Origin: Octopus bimaculoides
Lineage: Eukaryota
Assembly: GCF_001194135.2 (NCBI RefSeq)
Contig: NC_068986.1
Span: forward strand, 95,881,700-95,945,699
Reading direction: 5' to 3'
DNA length: 64,000 nt
Program-made: the position numbers and the translations under genes
In this document: piece after piece, positions 11,301-26,300 of the stretch
Layout: each line of letters begins with the position of its first letter
Numbering within the stretch: position 1 is the first letter of the stretch
Notes under the pieces: model-generated
What the model was told of the DNA's origin: nothing
The model's input: only the letters and a program-made list of their open reading frames with translations
Database searches by the model: none

Positions 11301-14300
11301 TTGAATAATTAGTCACAATTTTTATACTCTTTTTTTTCTTTTTGTATTTTTACTACTTGTTTACCTGGTCTTTAAACCTCGGTCTATTTAGTCCTAATTA
11401 CTGTTGGGTAGGTAGGGACTATTTTCCACCAGGCAGAGTTATTGTTCATTGTAAATGTTTTATTTATAATTCAAGGAATACCCAGACATATGACTTGCAT
11501 TGAATTCTGATTCTGTGATTTAATTTTAGCTTTATGATAATGATGATAATAATCCTTTCTATTATAGACACAAGACCTAAAATTTTGTGGGAGGAGCTAG
11601 TAAATTATATAGCCCCCAATGTTCAACTAGTACTTATTTTATCAGCCGCGGAAGGATGAAAGGCTAAGTTGACCTTGGTAGAATTTGAACCCAAAATGTA
11701 AAGAGTGAAAAAAATACTGCAAAGCATTCCTTCCCATACCCTAATGATTCAGCCAGCTTGCTGCCTTAATACTAACAATAAACGCCCTCCCCTCCTTTAA
11801 TAGGAATGAACAGGCAGTTTTACTTGTGTCTGATGGCTGTGGTAAATGTGTCGGGAACAATGTTGAACGAATTGATGATAGACACCTTCATCTTTCGTCA
11901 AGTCCTCATCTACTTTTTCAAGTTCCACTTGGAAAGGAATTCGAGTGTGAAGAGGGAAGTGCTCTCTTCTGAATTATCAAAGGTGGATGACTAGTTAAAA
12001 TGGTTAGAGTGAATGGAACCACTCAAAGCATATGTCTGTACATTGGAAAACATCTGTTGGAAGAGAGCATATACTCTTGGTGGATCTGTGGAGTTTCTTG
12101 ATTGGACCTCATTGGTGGCTCTCTTGTATCTGGAGGACTGTATCATCGTATATTTTGTCTATTATGTATACTTTTCAACTCATTTCTCTCTTTACTTTCT
12201 TTCCCTCCTCACCTTATTTTATGTACCCACCCCGTCTATGTTGTAGCTTGTCTTGTAATGTCCTCTTTTCTGATGCCTCTGCGATGAATAAAAGAAATTA
12301 TTTCAAATACTATTGTGATTATGAAAAAAAAAACCCCAACTATTTCTAATTTGAAATACTGTAGATTTCTCTATTTTGTAGCTGCTGGCCAAAACTATGT
12401 TGAAGTGTCATGAAACCAGTGTGGCTGCTGGCACACCATTTCAGTTGAGTGTTTTTGTATCTGGACGGAACCGGTTGGAAAACGAAGGAGCTACTGCTCT
12501 TGCACAGGCCTTTAAGGTAGACTTTCTACTTTTGCATTTGTTGAAGACATTGAATTACTGCGTTTGTCTTATGCGACTTATGTCGTATATTTTCCCTATA
12601 CCATTCTATCTTTCTCTCTCTATTTTTCTTGCAGACCATTGGTTCATTGGAGCGTATTGAAATGCCACAGAATGGAATCCAACATAAGGGTATTTTGGCC
12701 CTTGCTAAGGCTTTGGCCTCAAACCCTTCCTTAAGAACTCTTAACCTCAATGATAACACATTTTCAGAAAACGGAGCTCAAGCTATGGCTGAAGTAAGTT
12801 ACAAGAAACACTGGCAAAGTCAACTATTGCTTTTTTAATTCATTAGTACAAGTTCTTATACTGGTGTCATATAATCAATTATACTCTCCCTCCAAAAACT
12901 TGCAGTCTTGTGCCAAAGGAAAAAACCTTATTGCATTCATACATTTTCTACAGAAACGGTTTAGGAGCTTGCAGTTCTTTATTCTGTTCCCCATCCAATC
13001 TATTTTTCTGTAACTACACTAAATGTTACCAAAATAGCAAACATTTTACTGTGAACGATAAGCATCAAAATGAGAAAGAAAAGAGGAACAGGCCAACTGA
13101 TTAGCCTGTCCTGCTTTTGCAACTTGATTAATATGCTACTGCTTCTCTACTGTTGAAATAATCCACTTCCGTATAATTTGAGTGACTATTTCTAGTTAGT
13201 CTCCAGCCCATTCCCTTCAATATCTCAGCTGCCAGCCGTGAAAGACCTCTTACTTTCCCTTTCTCCGTCATGTAACAGTTATACTCTGTACAGATCTCTA
13301 CAACTAACCTCTATGTTGGTTCATCTCACTTGGTGTGTCCCCACTTATATTTTTTGTTGCAGTCTTTCTTTATGCCAATGGGGAAGGTTCCCTCATTGGC
13401 ATAAAGAAATTTGCTGTAATCTGACCTGCTTGGAATAGCAACCAAATTCTCTCAAATCATATCTTACTATTTTTAAAAAGTATGGCACATTAAATAATGT
13501 AATCCTAGATATATGAAAGGGTGGAATACTCATAGTTCAGTTGGTATTGACCTTATTGCTGTTCAATTTCTGTCCTGGGGCTAAACAACAAATCATGAAA
13601 TTTTCATGATTCTCTGTCATTATTAGCTCAAAGGTTGTCGGCAGAAACAGTTAAGCACAAGATTCATCTGTCTATTGTCTGAGATATATACTATATACTA
13701 AGAAGTTTACTATGTCAAGGCACATAGTTTAGTGATTAGTGGTGGACTCGTGATTGTAAGAGTGTGGCTTCAATTCATGGTCTGAGCAAACCACTTCATT
13801 TCACGTTGTTCTAATCCTCTCAGCTGATAAAAAATGAGTTTTCCTGTGATGGACTGGCATCTCATCCAAGAAGAAATGTACGAAACTGGGAAACTAGCCC
13901 TATGTTCTTTACCGGGTAATCTCAACTAACCAAGAAGCTTACTGGAATTAGTTCATTCACTTATACATTGCACCTTCTGCATAATTTGCTTTGTGACTAG
14001 TCAAGAGAAATCATAATCGTGTTGTTATTTAAATCCTTAGTCACAGCTCTGATTGTCGAACTTGAGATAAATTTGGTTGTTATTTCTTGCAGGTCAAGTA
14101 TCTACACAGACACTTTACACCTTGGCTCATTATTATTATTGGCAGAATCAGTAACATTCCGGACAAAGTGCCTTGTGGTATTTAGTTATATACTTTTACA
14201 CTCTGAGTTCAACTCCTACCAAGATCTTTTACTCTTCAAAGATGAATAAAATAGTACCAGTCAAGTTCTAAGAACAATCTAGTTTTCTGCCTCTTTTGTC

Positions 14301-17300
14301 AGAACCTGTGTCTATGTATCTTTGTTTGAAAAGATGATAAACGTTTAGCTGAACCTGTGACCCTGTTTTGATACCCACGTAAAGCATTTCTCCTACATTA
14401 TATTCCAAATATTCATTAAAAAAAGAAAAAACAAAATAATGAAACTGTAAAATTTTCTATTCTTGTTAATTTGTTATTACTTTCTGCTTATGTATGAGAT
14501 CAAGATTTTGTCAATGTCTTCTCTCTAGGTCCTTCCAAAACTGCAGAGGCTTGAAGTAATTAATTTTGGTGATTGTCTTCTGAAGACTGGAGGTGCAAAA
14601 GCTATAGGTGAAAGTTTGAAGACATCACACACATGTTTAAAAGTGAGTTGTATTCATTTTATTATTGTCAGATTTGTTGACTTGCTAGTGTGGTAGGAAT
14701 TGTGAGAGTTTTTAGATAGATAAACTATTGTACTGCGACTTTCCTTTTTCTTGGTGCAAACCTAACATTAAGGTATTGTGTAAGATGTCAAAAGAATTTG
14801 GGGATCGGACTGCTGATCAATTAATTGTCTCTATCTCTAGTTTAATCATCTTATTGCCATATTTCTAATGACGTATACTGCTTATGTGCTTCAGTAAATT
14901 CAGAAATTGACTAGGAATGCATATGTATCTCGCAAAATAACTTTATCATTAATTATGGTGTTTGTATGCAAATCATCCTCATTTAACATGTTTTCCATGC
15001 TGGCATGGATTTGACAGGAGCTGTCCAGACTCCAATTGTCTGTTGTGGCATGGTTTCTATGGTTGGATGCCCTTCCTAATGCCAACTACTTTACAGAATG
15101 TGTTGGGTGCATTTGCGCAGCCCAGTATTAGTGCATTTTATGTGGCACCAGCACCCGTAAAGGACAAGCCTGTATGTGTGGATGACCGTGATTTTACTTA
15201 GCTTGACATGTCATCTCATGTACAGCAAATTGCCACAACTCTCAGTCCCTTGTCATTTTCTCAGTGATAAAGTTATAACAGAAGGTTCTGATTTGTATAT
15301 GATCATTTTCAAACAGACAATTTTTTATAATAGAATCAACAGCAGTGTCAAGCAGTTTGGTTTGGAAAAAAAATCAAATCTCTTTATAATAATTTACTAG
15401 AGTTGTGTGTGTGAGTGAGTATATGCTTCCTAGCCATGTAGTCTTGGGTTCAGTCCCACTGCATGGCACCTTTGACAAGTGTCTTCTACTGTAGCTCCAA
15501 GCCAGCCAAAGCCTTTTGAGTGGATTTGGTAGACTGAAACTGAAAGAAGTTCATTGGTGTGTGTGTGTGTGTAACAGACACGTACATCAAGTTAAATATA
15601 ATTGTCTAAAAACTTGTCTTACTGCTTTGAGTTGTATTCATAAAACTTGCCCCTGGATCTTAGTGGTTGAGCAACTTAAGGCCTAGGCCTGTCAGAACAA
15701 GAGTTTTGCTCCTAAGTAAGGATGGTGTCATGAGGAAGCTTTGATTTATAAATTCTAGATCTACCTGTAGATGGAAGTCATGTCGAGGAGAGAACTATTG
15801 ACTTCATCAAATGATAATCACTGCAGGATACATTTTGTTTTTCATTATGCATGTTCACACATGAACATAGCTTACACCAAATGACTTTCTAGGTACATTG
15901 TCTGGTGGAGAGCTGGCAATTAGAAAAAAAAGAGTAAGAAGTAAATGGAGTTTTGTTACATTAGCTGAATGAGGAAAAAACGGGTATAGGTTCATTATCT
16001 CAATGACTTGGTAATGACAATGATAATCATTTCAAGATTATAAATTTTGTGAATTATTAAACTAATTTTTAGGATATTTATTTACAGTATTTATATCTAC
16101 AGTTTCAATCACTTCAATCTCTAGTTGTCATTTGGTAAGATCCCAGTTTAGATCTGTCAAATGTAATGCTTATTTCTTCATATTGACTTCAATTAATCAT
16201 GGCTTATCTTGAAAGTTTTGAGATTTCACTAGTGTGATTGCTTATTTTTAGAATGACATTGTACAGTATGCATGAGAGGTTGGATCTGGTTTGTTTGAAC
16301 ATAAAACTAGTAGATTATTTAGGCTAGGTATAGCCATTCTAAATGCTAAAGGGTTAAATTCAGTTTAGGATCATGTAGATATCCAGGAATTCAACACTTG
16401 TTGATCTGTGATCAAGTGTAAATTGTAGGTATAAATATTTCAATACACCCACTAAAGATGATATTAAAAGATTGGAAAATTAATTTAATCAATCCATCTC
16501 AGATATTTAAATCTTTGATAATTACTGCTTGTATGATAATGTGACTTTTTCAAATATAAAAATATATTTTCTCCTGTTTGTAGCAACTTATATTAAGTGG
16601 TAATGAAATAGGAAGAGACGGCGCCACTATTGTAATCAAAGCAATGCAGAATAAAGAAAATTTGGAATTTGTAGAGCTCAATGGTAAAGTCTTTATTTAT
16701 TTATTTGTTTGTCTGTTCATTTATATTTTAATGAAATAATTTGAACTCCTGCCTATTGCATGGAACTGATGTGAGAGCACTAGTGTGGTTGTTCGACCTA
16801 TAAGAAATAACAGTGAAATATCCCTTAAATCAACTCTTGAATGAAGGTGGCTTTGGATACTGTAGTCATAGACATAGCAATATAACTGTCTGAAAAAAGA
16901 GATTAGGTAAAGCACCTTGCTAAATGCATTTCAAGCCAATAAGGAAACCTATATATGGTCACTTGACTGGCTAGAAATAGCAGCAAATCTCCGTCAAATA
17001 ACTTATTACTGTCTTAAGAAAAGTACATATTGTATACTTAGTCCTGAATATCCTACAAAGACAGGATGGTCCTAGCTGAATGCCATTGATCAGGGATGAC
17101 TTGCAGCTTAACAACTGGCAGCATTCATTGGAAAGGTAGTGGAGTGACAGAATCAGTATAATGGTAAATGAAATACTATGTCCTGTTTACTATTTTATTT
17201 TACTTGTTTCAGTCATTTGACTGCGGCCATGCTGGAGCACCGCCTTTAGTCGAGCAAATCGACCCCGGGACTTATTCTTTGTAAGCCTAGTACTTATTCT

Positions 17301-20300
17301 ATCGGTCTTTTTTACCGAACCGCTAAGTGACGGGGACATAAACACACCAGCATCGTTTGTCAAGCAATGCTAGGGGGACAAACACAGACACACACAAACA
17401 CACACATATATATATACATATCTACGACGGGTTTCTTTCAGTTTCCGTCTACCAAATCTACTCACAAGGTTTGGTCGGCCCGAGGCTATAGTAGAAGACA
17501 TTTGCCCAAGATGCCACACAGTGGGACTGAACCCGGAACCATGTGGTTGGTAAGCAAGCTACTTACCACACAGCCACTCCTGTGCCTATAATTGTTTCAT
17601 TACAATTCCATTATGTCCTAAGTTCAAATCTTACCAGGCCAGATTTGACCTTTCATTTCCCATAGGTTAATTAAGTCACTGAAGCTGTTGTGAGCTTAAA
17701 GTACTAGTGATACAGTGAGGGTTGATTCAATCATTTTTTATTTTCATTTTCTCTACATACTTCTGCCCTTATTTCTGTCTAAAAATCATTATTAGAGATA
17801 AATATTACTTTACAGTGTTTTATTCTATCTTGTTTTCTCCTTAGTTCAATTCTTTTTAGAACTGGTTTCCTTCAGTTTTGTGCACATGTGTGTAGCGTGT
17901 GCACACATATCTGAAAAAAAAAAACATTTACATGTTGACATGCATAGATGCATACATCTGTCCTGTAATTGTAATTTTATTATCGCTAATGCATGAATTT
18001 CTTTTCTTCTTTTGCTTTATGATTGTTGTTGCTATCTTTCAGAAAATTGCATAGGTGAGGATGGAATAGAGAACATTAAGGTTTATATGGAGTCTATTGG
18101 GAAACTTGATTCTCTTGGCTCATTCAGGTAAGTGTCATATTGTTTGATAAAATATTTAGTTCAGTTCGTTCTTGTATCGATAACTGTATTGCTTGTTTAA
18201 ATGCCGTGGAAACCAGGGTAAACTCTGGCATAATAAACTTGTAGGCTTGTGGTGGACCTAAGATGAGGCAATGTAACTAACATTACCCTTTAAGTTAGAA
18301 ACTATTATTACAACAACAATAATAACATTAATAATAATTCAGTGACACACTTCTGATCCACTAATTATACACTTCTCATATTTGTAAAGCACCTTTGACT
18401 AAAGTGTTAAAGACAATTTTCAATAGTTGAAAGGTTTGTATAGACCAGTATCTATATCTTCACTTTCTGTAGTATCTTCCATCATAGTTATGTGTAAGAA
18501 ACATCTGGTAAGTTATGTTCCAAGAGAATGGATGAGGATAACTGTGAAAAACTATCACAACCTAGTGGTTGAGGGAACCTATGGAAGAGATAGACCCAGG
18601 AAGACCTGGGATGAGGTAGTGAAGCACAAGCTTTGAACATTAGGCCTCACCAAGGCAATGACTAGTGACCGAGACCTTTGGAAATATGCTGTGCTTGAGA
18701 AGACCGGGCAAGCCAAGTGAGACCATAACCTGTGGCCTATGCCAGTGGTGTAACCAGCCCACTTATGCATACCTTTCTTTCATTGGACACTAAACTCTGC
18801 TTGTGAAGATCTGTTGAGGCAAGTGAAATTGAAATAAAATTCGCTGACGTGGCCTATGAGAGCACCACCTGACTGGCTTCCATGTAGTGTAATGTTAAGA
18901 GCACCATCTGAGCATGATCGTTGCCAGGGCCGCTGACTGGCTCCTGTGCTGGTGGCACATAAAAAGCACCATTCAAGCGTATCGTTACCAGCGTCGCCTT
19001 ACTGGCACTTGTGCCGGTGGCATGTGATAAACATTTGAGTGAGGTCATTACCAGTGTCGCTGGACTGGCTCCTGTGCAGGCGGCATGTAAAAAACACCAT
19101 TCGAGCATGGCCGTTGTCAGTACCACCTGACCAGCCCTTGTGCCGGTGGCACATAAAAGCACCCAATACTCTCTCGGAGCAGTTGGTGTTAGGAAGGGCA
19201 TCCAGCTGCCAGATCAGATTGGTGCAGCCATCTGGCTCGCCAGCCCTCAGTCAAACCGTCCAATCCATGCCAGCAGGGAAAGCGGACGTTAAGTGATGAT
19301 GATACTTATTTTCAAAATTAATTAAAACAAATCTGATAGATAATTCTAGAAATATATTCAGAAAAGGGTTTAACAAGTATTCATTTGCTCAATTAGTCTC
19401 ACAATTGCACTCTAACCTTATAATGATTTGGCTTTGGTTTCATTTCTTTTTCAACTCTCAAAAACTATTGTTCAGTGATTGTAGATTCTTAAATGGTGGT
19501 GGTGTTGGTGGATCTCTGTCATACACCAATGAAAATTCAGTTATTCAGTCAACTGAACACATAATCAGCGGAAATAGTGTATGCTCTTAACATAAACAGT
19601 AGAATCAGCATGACACTGTGTGTGACAAGGCTGTATCTTTGGAATTACAGGCACAATCCTTCTATACAATTTCCATCTATTGGTATGGCTTAAACTTGAG
19701 GCTATAGAAAATGAAATTTGCCCAGGATGCTATGCTGTAGGATCAAACCTTGGATTTTGTGTATTCAAAGTGAACTTCTTAATCATTTGGTTATATGATG
19801 CCTACAGATTCTTTGAAGACCACTAACTAAATGCTTTTTCCCTTGAAACTGTAACGTTCTGGAATTCCCTGCTCAACATTTTTGTCAGGAGCTTTGTATT
19901 AACTGCAGCCACTTAACCAGTTTAGGATTTTGGCCTTTAAAGGCCCTGAACATTGCCTCTCTTGTCTAACAAAATTATAAAGATTTGTTATTTATTTTCT
20001 ACAATTCTCTTCTTACCTATGTTTTTCCAGCTGACATTGACCTGTAAATAAATATGCAAGTAAAATGTAAACTGCATTGTACTCTACATGTATTTGATGT
20101 AGTTCTGAAGTTTCTTTTCCTTTTCTCAGTGATGATGAAGGTGATGATGAAGAGGAGGAAGAGGACGAGGACGAGGATGAGGAAGAAGAAGAAGAGGAAG
20201 AGGAGGAAGAAGAAGAAGAGTATGAAGTGAGAATTTTTATTATTATTAAAAAATATTTTCTGCTAGTTCTCCACATTTGCACAAATGAGTTAGCTATTTG

Positions 20301-23300
20301 TAGGATTAATTGCATTTACAACAGTATGAAATCACTTTCTACTACTGACCATGAAGTAGAAGTTTTTTTTTTTATCCCATATGATGTAATCTGTTTGCTG
20401 ATGTATCATTTGCTCTCTTGAAGTGTGATGTTCGGTAGTGAATGCACAAGACTGGAGGTAAATGAGTTGTATATATACATATATATAGTCAAATCATCAT
20501 CATTTAATGTCTTTTGCAAGCTAGCATGGCTTGGATGATTGAACAGAATCTAACAAGTTCATACTTCAATGCCTGCTTTGGTATGGTTTTCATCTCTAGA
20601 TATCCTTCCAAATACCAACCACTTTACAGAGACTACTGGATGTACTCACTCTAATTTGTAAGACTAAGGTCCCACTCAGCTGAGTGGCACTGTGGTAGAG
20701 GGAGATGACTTTGAAAGGTTAAAGTATGAAAGAAAGGAGAGGGATAGGTTTATTGCTGTATAGGAAATACATGGCTTTTTTTGTTTAACATAGGATTTAA
20801 TTTGAGGAAGATTTGGCTGCTCTTTCTCCCAATTTTGTAACTGTGCAGAGGCTTTTTCTTAGCTTAAGTGTTTAAATCAGACAGGTGAAGTAATGCATGA
20901 TGAGAAACAGTATTGTAGACCAAAAGAAGGGATACGAGATCATGGGGAGAATGAGTTGCTCTGTGTATAACCAGTAATCTGTTATCCAGTATAATCTGTT
21001 GTGTGGTCAAGTGTAACATCCTATCCAGGTAGATATTTCTCAACTGCTTCTTACAAGCATGCAGCTTTTTGGAATTATACATAGTATTACACTGGTTTAC
21101 TCCTATTATTTTTTATTTATTTATTCACTTATTTCTGTAAATTCCGTTTTGTGACAGGATGAAGACATTGAAGGAGAGGAATATATGGATAGCCTTAAAG
21201 CCAGCGAATTGATGAAGACTCCACCACATAAGGTAATAGATTCTTTCCTCTTATAGAGACTTTGAGATGATGGTTAGGTTTATCTGTCTTGTTAATGTTT
21301 ACTAACAAAGCTTAATTTGTTTGTTATTATTTCAGTTTGATTTTTGTTCCAACTCGATTGTAATCATAGTAAAACTCCTGCACTTTTTTTCTAACTTTCT
21401 GCTGCTGATACCAGATTATAGATTGAGATGGAGTAATTAAGTGCAAGACATATATTTAGTCTTACGCCACTGTAAATTTTGGATTAAACTTGTAAAGAGG
21501 AATGTACCTGGCTGCCAGTTTAAAATAATGTCACTTCAGCCATGTTGGATCTCATTAAGTTTATGCATTACATTGGATTTCAATAAAGGGTAGAAGATAA
21601 AAGAAAAGATGATAGTGATGGAATGCCATAGCACAAGGCTTTTGTATTGTGAGTGCATGTCTGTGCACGTGCCAGGTTGCTTTGAGTATTACTGGTAGCA
21701 TGTAACTCGGTACAATCTGTTATATTGTTGGGTTGTTAATAACTAAATTGACATCCCCGGCAGGACAAAGAAATGTGTCAAAAGAGAAGATGAACCTAGA
21801 GATAGCCTTTACCTATCTAGCAATAGTGCATAAGCACAAATACTCGTGATGGTGGTAAATGAATGAGCTTTAAGACTATTTTGGATGTGATGAACTCTTA
21901 TCAAAATATCTGTCTCGCAAAGAGGTTGGTAGGGTTCCATAGCCATGGTGAGGGCAACACTTATCTGAACTGTTCTACACCTTTCTGGGTGAGTTCAGAA
22001 CAATGAAGGCTAGGGGTGGGGGTGGGGTATTCTGTAGGGAAAAACAAACTGTGACATTCAGTTTTAAGGCAGTTTCTAACAGATTGGTTTTGCAGCTAGG
22101 AGGAAGTAACAGTTGTCTCGGGTAACTCTTACCACTGGCCCTATCTCCTTTGTAGTTAATGATACTAGGAAATGTGCACCTCAGTTCCACTTTTGAGTAT
22201 CATTGCATAGATATCTTCTCCTGTAATCTAGATCATGGATCTTGGATATGGTTGTTGTGGAAGTTGGAGCATAATGTATGTTTGTAACATTGAAATACCA
22301 CCACTTCCATAGTTTACTTACAGTAGGTATAGCATAAGCTGTACCACTTGCAATTTTCCAGTCACCTGTGTAGCCGCGTTCTCTGTTAATTGTCATCAAA
22401 ACATCTGCAACAGGAGATGATGGTTATCAGTGAATTTGACAGACAATTATAAGCATACGTGTGTGTCTGTATCCATGTTTTAGAATAGGTGCACTATCTG
22501 TGAGTGTTGTTGTATGAGGTGACTAAAAGAGATGATATCAGAGAAGGCATCCAGCAATAAAACGGTGCCTGAAAAAGTCACACACATCCCATACTAACAT
22601 AGAAAGCTTAGAGAAAAATAATGAGATCTATATATATATATATATATGTGTGTGTCGTATAACTGGCACTCATGCCGGTTGTGCATAAATGACACCCAGT
22701 ATGTTGTTCTTGAGAAGACTTGTCAAGCCAAGTAAAATTGTAGTCCTGGCCGATGACAGTGTTGCATACCTGGCACATAAAAAGCACCCTTTGAATTTTG
22801 GGCCTCACAGAACCAGTGACAAGTGACTGAGATCTTTGGCAACATACTGTGCTTGAGAAGACTTGTCGAGCCAAGTAAGATCATAGTTGTGGCTGATGCT
22901 AGTGCTTAGAAACTGGCACTTGTGCCAGTGACATGTAAAAAACACGCACTACATTCTTGGAGTGGTTGGCATTAGGAAGGGCATCAAGCTGTAGAAACCT
23001 GGTGCAGCCTACCAGTATAGTCAAACTGTTCAACCCATGCTAGCATTGAAAACAGACTTTAAATGATGATGATGATGATGCATGTGTGTGTGATGAGAGA
23101 GAGAGAGAGACAGATCTGAGGCAAAAGGTCTTTAATGTGCAGCATGCAGGTGAAAAGGCAGACAAGATAAAAGGAGGAACTGTGTATTACATCTATCAAG
23201 AGGGTGAGGGCATCAGAGCAAAAAGCAAGGCCTACAACATCTGAAGAATGTCACTGACTCCTCAGAACTGGATGGCATTCACTCAGCAGCACAATTTGTC

Positions 23301-26300
23301 AAATGCTTGTTTTTTCATGTTTAGTAAAAACAATTTCTTTTTCAATTCATTAAAGAATTTACTGATTTTTCAAAGTGGAATCTTCATTGAACACATACAT
23401 GCATACATACAAACGTATATCCATACATATATACTCTAGGCATGGTTGTGTGGTTGAGAAGTTTGCTTTACAGTCATATGGTTTTGGGTTCAGTTTCATT
23501 GCATGCACCTTGGGAAAGTGTCTTCTGTTTTAGTCTCAGCCAACCAAAGCCTTGTGAGTGGATTTAGCAGATGGAAACTAAAAGAACCTGAACATGTATA
23601 TATGTATGTGTTTGTGTTTTTCTATTCTTGTTTTAACATTGTCTACTAATTGTAAACAGATGTCACTGCCATACAGATGGTATTGTTTGTTTACAATCTA
23701 CAATGAAATCTTGTCCAGCCATCATGCTGCTCATGTTCAAAAAAAGCTAGAAGAAACATTACATTGCTTTGAAACCAGTGCGGGTTAGTGACAGGAAGAG
23801 CATCTGGATAGAGAAAATCTGCATCAGTGAATTTTGTCTGACCTATGCAATTATGGAGAAGAGAACATTAAAATGATATGGATAATGTGTGTGATTGTTG
23901 ATATTCCACTTGCTACTGCTTGAGTGAAACGGTTAAGATGTTTGCATTCCTTCTTGATATTATGTTCAAACACTGCACTTTTGAACACATGTAAGAGTTG
24001 CCAACAAGAAAGGTATCCGGTTGTTAAATTCTCCCTCGGTTATGTTCTCATCTAACTCATACTAGCATAAAAACAAACAAACATTAAATTAATATAAATA
24101 CACATTCACCATCAATAAATGATTTTAGTGAACCATGTACAAATAAACTTGGTTTTCCACAATACTTGGAAATCCGTATAGGTATTTTTCTCAGCAGGTT
24201 TTACAGGTTGGAATTGGAGCATGTAATCTTATAATTGAAGTTAAAATATTTTCTTGCTACATGACACCCTAGAATGATTACTCAAAGACCTAATCCCATA
24301 AAGAAATATAGATAATAGCAGATTTTGATGAAGTTGTTTGTCTGTTTCCAAGTTTCTGCTAATGTAAAGAAAAAGATACATAATGTGTGCATTGTCTCTG
24401 AGTTAAATGGTAATAATAAGAATCACTGAGAGAGGGTGAAAATGAGAAAAACGAACAAAGAAAGAAGGCTGTATGATGTAAAACAATGTGAGGGGAAGTA
24501 TGATAAGATGAAAGACATGTTCTAAGTTTCCCTTACATTTTTAATGTGTACATTGCATGTATGCATGTGTGTATATATATATATATATGTACATACATAT
24601 GTGTGTGTATTAGAGAAAGCTGTATAAATAGAAAAGAGCTTTTCTTTTAAATGTGTTATATTAAAGTTACAACTATATTTGAATTGGATCTTTTTTTTTT
24701 TTTTCTGTTGGTGATTTTCCATATTTCTTTTTTAGCCCTTTTTGTTATTTTGAAACACTACTATTCTTAAATCCATTTGTCTATTACCATTTTAAGCTCC
24801 AGTCCCATCCTTGAATTAAAGTGATGGTAATAATGCTGTGTTATTCATGTATTTCACAGTAGTTCATAACTAATACTGAAATTCTGTTAAAACTGATAAA
24901 ATAATAATTATACTAGGGCTAAACATTGCTAAATTTCATGACTATTTTGGCATTTACTGTTGATTTTTGGTTTCGATTCTGCTGTTAGTGATGCCTCCAC
25001 AGTTACCATATTTTGTCGCATTCACTGTAATAAATCACAAATCAGCATACGGATACATCACACAATGGACAGTTTTATTTGTTGTAACAGTGTTCTCTTG
25101 ATGCTTTGCAACCAACTGCAAAGCATGGATGGACCAATGAATGTAGGAATGCAGTTGCTTCAAAGTAAGTATAAAGGGCAAATAAAGAAAGTCTTAATAC
25201 AAAAGATCAAACTTAAACATAGTCATGTCTAGAAAGGTTGTTTCTTTTCCTCTCTCTCTCTCTCCTTCTCCCTCCCTCTCTGTGCTTGCACATACACACA
25301 TAAATGGAAAAACTGAAGGCACACGGCTTAGAGTGTTGGGCTCACAATCATGAGGTAGTGAGTTTGATTCCTGGCCCAGGTTGTGTTGTGTTCTTGAGCA
25401 AGACATTTCATTTCACGTTGCTCCAGTTCATTCAGCTGTAGAAATGAGTTGCATGGAGAAGGGAGGCTGATATGCATGAACAACTGCTAGTCTTCCATAA
25501 AGAACCTTGCCCAGGCTTGTGCCTCAGAGGGTAACTTTTTAGGTGCAATCCCATGGTCAGTCATGACTGAAGGAGGTCTTTACCCTTTATATATGAAAAA
25601 AAAAAAAAAAAAAATTTAATTTTAAAAAGTATAAAAAGAAAATAATTTATAAACAAATGGAAAATGAAGACATAATTTTCTTAAATTACAATATTCAATA
25701 GTTAAGAATTGACTCCTCTTCAGTGAGTTTGTTAAATTAGTTCACTACTTTTCTTCTAGTTTTGTTTGAAAGTTTCATTGTGACTAGTTGTGCATATATC
25801 AGAATCATTTCATATGGTGAAAGTAAACATTTTTTTTTTTGTGTTAGCTTCCATATCGGAGAAATCAGTGGAGCTTGATAATACAATTTGTTCTTTTGGT
25901 CCTTGGTATGTTCTGTGGTATTTCATGAGTTCACTGTCCTGTGGTTTGTCATATTGCATTGTGTAGTCTTTGGTATGTTAACTATGTTTTTAGTGTTGCT
26001 ATTGTGTTAGCTGTTAATATTTTCTCTTCACTAACCAACTGTGAACGGCTTTTAATGGTTTCTACATTAATCAGTTCTTGCTTCATTATTTTCTTATTTG
26101 TCACTCCTTGACATATTCATTTGCTTTAGTTTCTAAACAACCCCTCTTTCACATAATGTATTGAAACTGTGCTTGTTTGTTCTACCCTTGGTTGAGCTTT
26201 TCTTTTATCTACTCCTCATATAAGCTCACTAACAAGACAACAATCTAAAATACTCTCTAGTACCAGGTCTCTATGCTCTCTGCACCAGAACTCCTCACCT

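Noticed and set aside
18850-19180. Five repeats of about 63 bp that superficially resemble a CRISPR array
   Set aside because: Units are contiguous and degenerate with no unique spacers, lie in an RTE 3' UTR, and the genome is eukaryotic with no cas genes.
21335-21440. Another possible terminal exon right after exon 11 ([11 protein letters not shown]...WSN*)
   Set aside because: Composition matches random AT-rich intron and there is no motif; much weaker than the 26433 candidate.
22013-22039. G-quadruplex-like tract GGGGTGGGGGTGGGGTATTCTGTAGGG
   Set aside because: Third loop is 9 nt and the tract is isolated; no other evidence of function.
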